Origin: Candidatus Woesebacteria bacterium RIFCSPLOWO2_01_FULL_39_23
Lineage (GTDB): Bacteria > Patescibacteriota > Microgenomatia > UBA8517
Assembly (NCBI GenBank): GCA_001793095.1
Contig: MGHG01000012.1
Span: 72,647-136,646, forward strand
Direction of reading: 5' to 3'
DNA: 64,000 nucleotides
Shown here: positions 48,425-56,397 of the stretch, one piece after another
Layout: each line of letters starts with the position of its first letter
Position numbering within the stretch: the stretch's first letter is position 1
Translations under genes and position numbers: made by a program
The notes under the pieces: model-generated
The model's database searches: none
The model's input: the letters and a program-made list of their open reading frames with translations, nothing else
What the model was told of the DNA's origin: nothing

Positions 48425-48429
48425 AAATC

Positions 48430-49710
48430 ATGTTCTCTTCAATATTACAATTTTTTTCGAGAGCCTATAAATCTAAAGATATTAGGCGAAAACTTTTAAT
48501 TACAGCGGCAATTTTGGTTGTATACCGGCTATTAGCACATATTCCTGCATCAGGTGTCGACAGGAGCTCTCTTCAGGCTCTTTTTACATCTAGCCCGCTC
48601 TTATCTCTCTTAGATGTTTTTTCCGGAGGAACACTTGCAAACTTTTCCATTTTAGCTTTGGGTTTAACGCCTTACATCAATGCGTCTATTATTATGCAGC
48701 TTCTGACGTACGTAATTCCGAGCTTTGAGGAGCTTTCGAAAGAGGGAGAGTACGGCCAGGAGAGGATAAATCAGTATACGAGATTTTTGACTGTTCCACT
48801 TTCAATTATGCAAGCATTCGGTATGTTTATGCTTCTGAAAAATCAGGGTATTATTCCTGCAATCGCACCAAATATGCTTATTGCACTAATTTTAACAATG
48901 AGTGCGGGAGCTATGATTGCAGTTTGGTTGGGTGAACTAATAACAGAGTATGGGTTGGGTAATGGTGTATCCTTTTTGATTTTCGCCGGAATTGTAGCCA
49001 GACTGCCAGTGACTTTAGGTCAATCAGTCTCAGTTGTTCAAACTGCCGATTTATTAAAAATTGCGATATTTATAGTACTATCTATTGTTATTGTCGGTTT
49101 AATAGTTTTTATGAATGAAGCGACAAGGCAAATTCCGATAAGTTATGCCAGGCGTGCTGGCAAAAGTGCGATTGGTTCATCTTACCTGCCTCTTAGATTG
49201 AATCAAGCAGGAGTTATCCCGATTATTTTTGCAGTTTCACTCGTTCTCCTTCCGTCGTTGATCGGGCAATTCCTCTCGGGTGTGCAAAACGCTCGTGTTG
49301 CTGAGTTTGCCTCAAGAATAACAAGCTCTTTTAATCCGCAGTCTTTTATCTATAATTTAGTTTATTTTCTTTTAGTATTTGGATTCACATATTTTTATAC
49401 TTCAGTTGTCTTTAACCCGGAGAAAATTTCGGAAAGTTTACAGAAAAACGGTGGTTTTATTCCGGGAATAAGACCGGGTACTAATACCACAGACTATCTA
49501 TCAAGGGTTCTGAACAGAATTACGCTCGTTGGTGCAACTTTCTTGGGATTAGTTGCAATTTTGCCGTCATTTTTTCAGAGTTTTATAGGAGTTTCCAATC
49601 TGGCAATAGGGGGAACCGGTATTTTGATTGTTGTGTCGGTTGTTTTGGAAATTACCCGTGACCTTGAAGCACAGCTCGTTATGAAAAGATATGAAACATA
49701 TCTTAGGTAA
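48430..49710 (+). CDS. secY: Preprotein translocase SecY
   Basis: PYINASIIMQLL, GLGNGVS, GVIPIIFA, FIPGIRPG. Confidence 0.98.
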   Translation: MFSSILQFFSRAYKSKDIRRKLLITAAILVVYRLLAHIPASGVDRSSLQALFTSSPLLSLLDVFSGGTLANFSILALGLTPYINASIIMQLLTYVIPSFEELSKEGEYGQERINQYTRFLTVPLSIMQAFGMFMLLKNQGIIPAIAPNMLIALILTMSAGAMIAVWLGELITEYGLGNGVSFLIFAGIVARLPVTLGQSVSVVQTADLLKIAIFIVLSIVIVGLIVFMNEATRQIPISYARRAGKSAIGSSYLPLRLNQAGVIPIIFAVSLVLLPSLIGQFLSGVQNARVAEFASRITSSFNPQSFIYNLVYFLLVFGFTYFYTSVVFNPEKISESLQKNGGFIPGIRPGTNTTDYLSRVLNRITLVGATFLGLVAILPSFFQSFIGVSNLAIGGTGILIVVSVVLEITRDLEAQLVMKRYETYLR

Positions 49711-49715
49711 TAATT

Positions 49716-50360
49716 ATGAATATTGTAATCTTGGGAGCACCAGGGTCGGGTAAGGGAACTCAATCTGAGCTTCTTGCAAATAAATTGAACCTGTTTTATT
49801 TCCAGACTGGTGAGTTGGCAAGAGAGCTTGCAAAAAAAGATAAAAGAATTAGAGAGATTGTAGATTCCGGTAGGCTGATTCCAAAAGAGGAGATGACAAT
49901 GTACGCATTAGATAATCTAAAGGAAAGCAAATCCAATTATAAAGACATTCTTTTTGAAGGGTTTCCAAGGTTTATTTCTCAATATGAAGCACTTGAGAAA
50001 TTTTTACTGTTAAAGGGTGATGATATAGATGCGGTTATTTCATTAGACATAAGCCAGGAAGGAGCAGTAAGAAGATTATCCTCGAGAAGAGTGTGTGAAG
50101 AATGTGGTGAGGTTTATAACCTACTTACAAATCCACCGAAGGAGCCAGACAAATGTGATAAATGCGGAGGTAGACTGTTCCATCGAGAAGATGATAAGCC
50201 AGAATCAATACGAGTTAGGTTTATTGATTTTCAGGAGAATACAAAGAAACTTATAGATTATTTGGAAAAACAAGGAAAATTGATAAGAGTTAATGCGGAA
50301 AGGCCGATCGACGAGATTTTTCAGGAAATTTTACAGAAGTTGGGGATTAATAATGAATAA
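49716..50360 (+). CDS. adk: Adenylate kinase (Zn-lid type)
   Basis: GAPGSGKGTQ, GFPR, CEECG..CDKCGG. Confidence 0.95.
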   Translation: MNIVILGAPGSGKGTQSELLANKLNLFYFQTGELARELAKKDKRIREIVDSGRLIPKEEMTMYALDNLKESKSNYKDILFEGFPRFISQYEALEKFLLLKGDDIDAVISLDISQEGAVRRLSSRRVCEECGEVYNLLTNPPKEPDKCDKCGGRLFHREDDKPESIRVRFIDFQENTKKLIDYLEKQGKLIRVNAERPIDEIFQEILQKLGINNE

Positions 50361-51111
50361 GAAAAATATATTAACTAAATCAGAAAAAGAAATTGCAATA
50401 ATGATTGAGGGAGGTAGAAAGCTTGCTGAGGTAAAAAAAAGGTTGGCTGAATCCGTCGAGATCGGTGGAAACGCGAAGAATATCGAGGATGTAGCAACTG
50501 ATCTTATAGAAAAAAACGGTGGAAAGCCGTCCTTCAGGATGGTTCCAAATTATAGTTGGGCTACATGCGTTAATATAAATGAGGGAGTTGTCCACGGGAT
50601 TCCAAGACCGGAGATAGTTTTCAAAAAGGGGGATGTTGTTAGTGTTGACGTGGGATTATTTTATAAAGGATTTCATACAGACACGTCTTTTACGGTTGGG
50701 TTGGGTGTTAGTGCTGAGATGGAAAAATTTTTAGAAACTGGTAAAAAAGCTCTCAGCATGGCAATATCAGCGACAAAGGCGGGAGGGCGAATTTATGATA
50801 TCTCACAAGCCATCGAGACAACGCTTGTTTCCCAAGGTTATCATGCGGTATCGGCTTTAATCGGACACGGTGTAGGAAGAGAATTACATGAGGAACCGCA
50901 AATACCCGGTTTTACTCAGGGAGAGAGGGGCGATAGTCCAATAATTCCGATAGGTGCAACATTGGCAATTGAGGTAATTTATACGATGGGCAGTCCAAAT
51001 ATCATGGTGGGAAGAGACGGATGGACAATTTATATGCGTGATGGTAAAATATCAGCACTTTACGAAGATACTGTAGCGGTAACAAAAGAAGGTACGATTT
51101 TATTAACGTAG
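50353..51111 (+). CDS. map: Methionine aminopeptidase type I
   Basis: NEGVVHGIP, DVG...D, GHGVGRELHEEP; start ATG 50353. Confidence 0.95.
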   Translation: MNKKNILTKSEKEIAIMIEGGRKLAEVKKRLAESVEIGGNAKNIEDVATDLIEKNGGKPSFRMVPNYSWATCVNINEGVVHGIPRPEIVFKKGDVVSVDVGLFYKGFHTDTSFTVGLGVSAEMEKFLETGKKALSMAISATKAGGRIYDISQAIETTLVSQGYHAVSALIGHGVGRELHEEPQIPGFTQGERGDSPIIPIGATLAIEVIYTMGSPNIMVGRDGWTIYMRDGKISALYEDTVAVTKEGTILLT

Positions 51112-51157
51112 TTGAGAAACCAGGTTTGAAATCTCCTGGTTTTTATTTTGTTGAGAT

Positions 51158-51376
51158 ATGACAAATGCAGGCGATAAAACTTTTGTAAACGGAAAGGTTA
51201 TGCAGGCATTGCCGAATACAATGTTTAGCGTTGAATTGGATGATGGCAGAAGTATTTTGACGACATTAACCGGAAAAATGAGAAGGAATTATATCAGAAT
51301 TTTTCCAGGAGATAGAGTAAAAGTAGAAATGACAAAATATGATACGGATAGAGGAAGAATAGTATTTAAGTTTTAA
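51158..51376 (+). CDS. infA: Translation initiation factor IF-1
   Basis: ALPNTMF, GKMRRNYIRI, GDRVKVE. Confidence 0.97.
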   Translation: MTNAGDKTFVNGKVMQALPNTMFSVELDDGRSILTTLTGKMRRNYIRIFPGDRVKVEMTKYDTDRGRIVFKF

Positions 51377-51424
51377 AATTAAATTATTAAATTAATTACA
51401 ATCCTGAGTTTACCGAAGGATTGA

Positions 51425-51501
51425 GAGGAGTTGCTGGTGATAGCTGAAAGTCACGTTTGTGTAAACCAAATGTGACGAAAGCGAAAGCCAAGCAAGGACG
51501 T
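51425..51501 (+). promoter_or_regulatory. SD-hairpin-NGACGW leader element, copy 2 (rpmJ)
   Basis: GAGGAG + 65-nt hairpin (51431-51495) + GGACGT + ATG. Confidence 0.8.
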
Positions 51502-51615
51502 ATGAAAGTTGGTTCATCAGTAAAAAAAAGATGCAGGGATTGCAAAATAGTCAGACGCCGAGGGGTTATCTATGTTATATGTAAAAACCCCCGACACAAA
51601 CAGCGTCAGGGATAA
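51502..51615 (+). CDS. rpmJ: 50S ribosomal protein L36
   Basis: [37 protein letters not shown]; below the ORF-track size cutoff. Confidence 0.98.
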   Translation: MKVGSSVKKRCRDCKIVRRRGVIYVICKNPRHKQRQG

Positions 51616-51622
51616 CCTTATT

Positions 51623-51649
51623 CTGACTTTCTTTAAAAAAGAAAGTCAG
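51623..51649. terminator. 12-bp hairpin between rpmJ and rpsM
   Basis: CTGACTTTCTTT-aaa-AAAGAAAGTCAG; no U-tract on the + strand. Confidence 0.35.
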
Positions 51650-51690
51650 GCAAAGAAGAAGTAAATAACTAATTTGCGAAGCAAATTTGG

Positions 51691-51759
51691 GAGGAGTTGG
51701 CGACTGAAAGCTGAAATCCCGATTTTAATCGGGAGAAAGCATAAGTCGAACAAGGACGA
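51691..51759 (+). promoter_or_regulatory. SD-hairpin-NGACGW leader element, copy 3 (rpsM)
   Basis: GAGGAG + 57-nt hairpin (51697-51753) + GGACGA + ATG. Confidence 0.8.
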
Positions 51760-52167
51760 ATGGCACGAATCGCTGGAATAGAATTACAAGATAAAGACAG
51801 AGTTGTCTATGCTCTAACTAAAATTAAGGGTATAGGTATGTCGTTGTCAAAAAAGATTCTTAGCGCATTAAAAATAGATGAAACCCTGAGAGTTAAGGAT
51901 CTCAGGGGTGAGGATCAGGCTAAGATTACAGCAACAATAGAAACATACCTGACCGAAGGAGACTTAATCCGACAGGTCAGGTCAAACATTGCTAGACTCC
52001 AAAGAACAGGATCTTATAGGGGGGTCAGGCATTCGAGAAATTTACCGTCGCGAGGACAAAGAACAAGACATAATGCCAGAACTAAAAGAGGTAAAAGAAA
52101 GACAGTGGGAGCGTTTAAAAAAGAAGCTTTAGCAAAAGTCCAAACAGTGAAAACTGAAACCAAATAA
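51760..52167 (+). CDS. rpsM: 30S ribosomal protein S13
   Basis: MARIAG, YRGVRH..LPSRGQRT. Confidence 0.98.
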   Translation: MARIAGIELQDKDRVVYALTKIKGIGMSLSKKILSALKIDETLRVKDLRGEDQAKITATIETYLTEGDLIRQVRSNIARLQRTGSYRGVRHSRNLPSRGQRTRHNARTKRGKRKTVGAFKKEALAKVQTVKTETK

Positions 52168-52169
52168 TC

Positions 52170-52535
52170 ATGGCAAAAACGAAAGAGATCACAACAGGTA
52201 AAATATATATTTCGGCGAGTTTCAATAATACCCTTGTTACAATAACGGATAATAAGGGTGATGTCATCGGATGGAGTTCTTCCGGGAACTCTGGTTTTAA
52301 AGGAACCAGAAAATCGACTCCTTATGCAGCTACGACAGCTGTTGATAAGATAGTAAAAAAAGTAAAAGAAGATTACGGCTTAAGAGAGGTTGAGATATAT
52401 GTTAAAGGCCCCGGCTCTGGGCGCGATGCGGCACTTCGTGCAATTAGAGCGGCTGATCTTAAAATTTCAATGATTGCTGACGTGACGCCGATTCCGCATA
52501 ACGGACCGAGGCCGAAGAAAAAAAGGAGAGCATAG
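52170..52535 (+). CDS. rpsK: 30S ribosomal protein S11
   Basis: ASFNNT, RKSTPYAA, DVTPIPHNG. Confidence 0.98.
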   Translation: MAKTKEITTGKIYISASFNNTLVTITDNKGDVIGWSSSGNSGFKGTRKSTPYAATTAVDKIVKKVKEDYGLREVEIYVKGPGSGRDAALRAIRAADLKISMIADVTPIPHNGPRPKKKRRA

Positions 52536-52610
52536 AGGAGTTAACGGCGATAGCTGTAAGTTACGTTCAGTTTCATGAACGTAACGGAAGCGTAAGCTTA
52601 TTAATGACGA
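52535..52610 (+). promoter_or_regulatory. SD-hairpin-NGACGW leader element, copy 4 (rpsD)
   Basis: GAGGAG + 64-nt hairpin (52541-52604) + TGACGA + ATG. Confidence 0.8.
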
Positions 52611-53207
52611 ATGAGATATACAGGACCAAAAGATAGATTATCGAGAAGAGAGGGATTTGACCTTTTTGGTAAGGGAGCAAAACTTACCAGATTGAGCGTT
52701 CCCCCGGGTGTGCATGGCCCGAGAGGTTCAAGAAATAAGTCTCAATATGGTAGACAGCTTCGGGAAAAGCAGAAGGTAAAAAGGTTATATGGTTTAATGG
52801 AAAGACAATTCAGAAAGTATGCAGATATTGCACTTAAGACAAAAGGTAATACGGGAGAAAAATTAATAGCTCTTCTTGAAAGAAGATTGGATAATGTTGT
52901 TTTTAGACTTGGTTTTGCTCCTACCCGTCCATCGGCAAGGCAGGTTGTAGCACATCGCCATGTTCTGGTTAATTCTAAGAAAGTAAATATACCTTCATAT
53001 CAGGTTCGAAGTGGTGATATAATATCGCTCACGCCCAAGGGATCTGAGATTCCTGCAGTGAAAAAAATGCTGACAAATAAGGATGTAAATATGCCGACAT
53101 GGCTTAAGAGAAAGGCAATTATTGGCCAGGTAGTACGTGACCCTAAAAGGGAAGATATAGTAGAACCAATTAGCGAACAAGATATCGTAGAGTTTTACTC
53201 CAGATAG
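52611..53207 (+). CDS. rpsD: 30S ribosomal protein S4
   Basis: QLREKQK, LERRLDNVVFR, VNIPSY, VEFYSR. Confidence 0.98.
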   Translation: MRYTGPKDRLSRREGFDLFGKGAKLTRLSVPPGVHGPRGSRNKSQYGRQLREKQKVKRLYGLMERQFRKYADIALKTKGNTGEKLIALLERRLDNVVFRLGFAPTRPSARQVVAHRHVLVNSKKVNIPSYQVRSGDIISLTPKGSEIPAVKKMLTNKDVNMPTWLKRKAIIGQVVRDPKREDIVEPISEQDIVEFYSR

Positions 53208-53247
53208 TTCTGGAGCTAAGCTTTGCTATTTCTAAATAGGTGGAGGC

Positions 53248-53351
53248 TTGCCGCTCCGTAGCCAAACTAAAGGGGAAACCCTACTCCGCTAAAGCTACGG
53301 AAGGGTTCGCCATTATTTGTTAATTTTTAAAGCGGAGGCGAAGGGCGGTGA
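53248..53351 (+). repeat. Nested palindromic element in the rpoA ribosome-binding region
   Basis: Outer TTGCCGCTC-CGTAGCC / GGCGAAG-GGCGGTGA; inner CCCT..GCTAAAGC..AAGGG. Confidence 0.6.
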
Positions 53352-53358
53352 AAGAAAA

Positions 53359-54270
53359 TTGAACGAACCAATTTTTGAAACACAAGAAGAGCAACAAAAA
53401 GGAAATTATGGACGATTTGTTATAAGTCCTTTACAAGAAGGATTTGGTAATACTTTGGGTAATTCTTTAAGACGAGTCTTATTAATGTCTTTACCTGGCG
53501 CTGCAATTACCTCCGTCAAAATAGGCGGAGTTAAGCATCAGTTTTCTACTCTCAAGGGCATGAAAGAGGACATTGTTGAATTTGTTTTAAATCTCAAAAA
53601 GGTAAGAGTAAATTATGTCGGAGACAAGCCTGCCAGAGCAAGTCTTACGATTAAAGGACCGAAAGAGGTAAAAGCAGGAGATATTGAAACAGACGCAAAT
53701 GTCACAATTGCTAATCCCGATTTGGTTTTGGCCAACCTCAATAAAGACGCAAATATTTCTGCCAAGATGGACGTCGAAATGGGGTCAGGTTATTCACCGG
53801 CTGAGGATAGAAAAACAGGTGAGATTGGTGTAATTCCACTCGATGCATCTTTTTCTCCGGTAATAAGAGTAAATTATAAAATTGAAGAGACGCGTGTCGG
53901 AAGGTTTACAAATTACGATAAACTTATACTGGAAATTTGGACGGATGGTACAATTTCTCCGAAAGAAGCACTGCTTTCGGCGGCAAAGACACTAGTCACA
54001 TATTACAACCAATTGGTAAATCCAAAAAAGGTTGAGAAAAAAGAAATAACAGATGGCAATGAACTCGGACTTGTCGGAAAACTTTCTGTTGAAGAGATCA
54101 ACTTACCAACAAGAGTTGCCAATGCTTTGGTTAAAGCAGGTTATGATACTGTTGAAGATTTAGTAAAAACCAAAAGATCGGAACTCGTTAAGGTGAGAAA
54201 TCTCGGAGAAAAATCAGTCAAGATTGTTGAAGCAGCACTTGGAGAAAAAGGATTACAGTTGACAGATTAA
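53359..54270 (+). CDS. rpoA: RNA polymerase alpha subunit
   Basis: GFGNTLGNSLRRVLL, HQFST, DASFSPV, NLGEKS; start reassigned to TTG 53359. Confidence 0.97.
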   Translation: MNEPIFETQEEQQKGNYGRFVISPLQEGFGNTLGNSLRRVLLMSLPGAAITSVKIGGVKHQFSTLKGMKEDIVEFVLNLKKVRVNYVGDKPARASLTIKGPKEVKAGDIETDANVTIANPDLVLANLNKDANISAKMDVEMGSGYSPAEDRKTGEIGVIPLDASFSPVIRVNYKIEETRVGRFTNYDKLILEIWTDGTISPKEALLSAAKTLVTYYNQLVNPKKVEKKEITDGNELGLVGKLSVEEINLPTRVANALVKAGYDTVEDLVKTKRSELVKVRNLGEKSVKIVEAALGEKGLQLTD

Positions 54271-54281
54271 TAATTTTCCGT

Positions 54282-54785
54282 ATGAGAAAAAGAGTATTTG
54301 GAAGAAATCTTGGTAGATCTTATACTGCGAAAAAAGCTCTGACTAGGTCTTTAGTTAAAGCTATTGTTGGCAGTGGTGATATTGTAACAACAAAGGCTAA
54401 AGCGAAGTTTTTCTTACCCGAGCTGGAAAGAATGATTAACTTGGCAGGAAAGGGTGGTGTGGCGGAGCGAAGAGCAATTTATGCAAAATTAGCTAATGAT
54501 AGAGATACGACAGATCGATTATTTGAGATTGCTAAAACCCTGAAAGCTGTCAGGGGTGGGTATTTTAAGGTTGTAAATTTACCAAGCCGTCGTGGAGATA
54601 GGGCCAGTACAGTCAAAATCAGTTGGAGTCAAAAGTTTGAAAAAACTGAAAAATCTAAAAAGGCGGCGTCTAAATCCGGCAAAAAAAGTGAAACAAAGGA
54701 AACAAAAGATAAAAGCACAAGCGCTAAAAGTTTGAAAGGCAGATTAGCTAAATTAAGGAAGAGAACTGCGAAATCTAAAAAATAA
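54282..54785 (+). CDS. rplQ: 50S ribosomal protein L17 with Lys-rich tail
   Basis: GRNLGR, TTKAKAK, RRGDRA; follows rpoA. Confidence 0.92.
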   Translation: MRKRVFGRNLGRSYTAKKALTRSLVKAIVGSGDIVTTKAKAKFFLPELERMINLAGKGGVAERRAIYAKLANDRDTTDRLFEIAKTLKAVRGGYFKVVNLPSRRGDRASTVKISWSQKFEKTEKSKKAASKSGKKSETKETKDKSTSAKSLKGRLAKLRKRTAKSKK

Positions 54786-54805
54786 ATCAGCGATAATAAG
54801 TAATT

Positions 54806-55246
54806 ATGAAAACCTATAAAACATATCAACCTAGACAGAAAGATGTAATACGGGAATGGCATTTAATCGATGCTAAAGGTGCTGTTTTGGGTCGGTTGGC
54901 AACTGAGGTTGCTACTTATTTGACAGGAAAGAATAAAGCGACATATTCAAATCATATGGATGTTGGTGGCTGGGTTATTGTGACAAATGCGAGGGATGTT
55001 ATTCTTACAGGAAAGAAGTCTATCCAAAAATTATATAGAAGCCATTCCGGATTTCCGGGAGGTTTTAAGGAAATAAAATTTGAGAAAATGTTTGCAGAAC
55101 GACCGACAAAGGTTATAGAATTAGCGGTTTCAGGCATGTTGCCCGACAATAGATTAAAAAGTAAAAGGCTGGCCAGACTTAAAGTGTATGCAGATGAAAA
55201 GCATCCGTATGGAAACAGATTTCAGAATAAACAACAAAGTGCATAG
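54806..55246 (+). CDS. rplM: 50S ribosomal protein L13
   Basis: WHLIDA..LGRLA, HSGFPGG, GMLP. Confidence 0.97.
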   Translation: MKTYKTYQPRQKDVIREWHLIDAKGAVLGRLATEVATYLTGKNKATYSNHMDVGGWVIVTNARDVILTGKKSIQKLYRSHSGFPGGFKEIKFEKMFAERPTKVIELAVSGMLPDNRLKSKRLARLKVYADEKHPYGNRFQNKQQSA

Positions 55247-55259
55247 AGAAAGCTAAAGT

Positions 55260-55667
55260 ATGAAAAAGAAAAAAACTGATTATATTTTCGCAAAAGGTAG
55301 ACGTAAATCTGCATCTTCTCGTGTAAGACTTTATAAAGGTAAAGGGGAAAGTACAGTCAACGGTAAGACTGTTGATGAGTATTTTCCGGGCGTAGTAGGA
55401 AAAAATGCTTGGACTAATCCATTTAAACTTGTTGACGTAGAGGATAAATATTACGTCAGCGTAAAGGTCAAAGGCGGAGGCAAGAACGGGCAATTAGATG
55501 CAGTTGTCCATGGAATTGCAAGAGCCCTATCTCTAGCGGATAGAGAAAACTTTAGACCGGCTCTTAAAAAAGCTAAAATTTTAACCCGTGATCCGCGAGT
55601 CCGCGAACGCCGAAAAATCGGCACCGGCGGTAAAGCGAGGAGGAAAAAGCAGAGTCCAAAACGATGA
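55260..55667 (+). CDS. rpsI: 30S ribosomal protein S9
   Basis: GRRKSASSRV, GGGKNGQ, LTRDPRVRERRK. Confidence 0.97.
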   Translation: MKKKKTDYIFAKGRRKSASSRVRLYKGKGESTVNGKTVDEYFPGVVGKNAWTNPFKLVDVEDKYYVSVKVKGGGKNGQLDAVVHGIARALSLADRENFRPALKKAKILTRDPRVRERRKIGTGGKARRKKQSPKR

Positions 55668-55783
55668 TTTTTCCTTTGCAGTCCCGCGCTTTCGCTCCTC
55701 GAGTCGTATTCGAATAGAATCTAAAGACGAGAAGTAAAAAAGTGCTGGGGCGAGACGCAAAAAACAAAGTCCAAAGAGATAAG

Positions 55784-56346
55784 TTATTTCTTGTTAATTG
55801 CCTTTTGTAGTTCCTTATAAAAACTGATTAAATTAAATTCTGCGTTTTTCCAATATGTTCCAACATTCTTAGGGGGAGTAAGCGGATCTTCAGCCAAATC
55901 GTGTTGCCTGGTAGCTTCTGCTTTGTATTTACCAGCATTAGTTAACAAAGAGGGATCAATATTTAAAACAACAGAATAAAGATTTACAAACGCATCTGCC
56001 AATTTAGATTTGTCAGATTTTTTTCCAGCTCGTCGTGCAATTTCCACCAGCCAACCTCCAATTTAGCTGCTTTGGTATTATCAAAATTCATGCCTGTGGC
56101 ATCTTTTATTTTCCGATAATATTCAGAGGCTGAATTTGTTGCCCTACCCCATTCTCTTATATCGTGGTATTTAGTGGCCTCAATTAAAGGTTCCAAAGAT
56201 TCTCTTGCTTCACCTTCGCTCAAGCCGAATAATTCAAGGTGTTCCTGAATCAAAAATGTTAATAGAAGTTTATGGTTTTTCTCATTGTGGGCTTTCCACG
56301 AACTAACTTCAAATTTTCCGACTTTTTCAGGATCAAATCTGACCAT
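55784..56346 (-). pseudogene. Frameshifted stand-alone homologue of the UppS C-terminal domain
   Basis: ORFs 55984..56451 (from ATG 56346) and 55784..56047 join into one protein if the A7 run at 56024-56018 is read as A8; both halves align to the uppS extension. Confidence 0.75.
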
Positions 56347-56397
56347 ATAAATCCGTAATAAAGATTTACCTAACTTCGTTATGATATAATTCTTTTC

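Noticed and set aside
55676-55762. Long imperfect hairpin after rpsI as a possible ncRNA
   Set aside because: Single copy in the window with no recognisable family motif; cannot be distinguished from a terminator or repeat remnant
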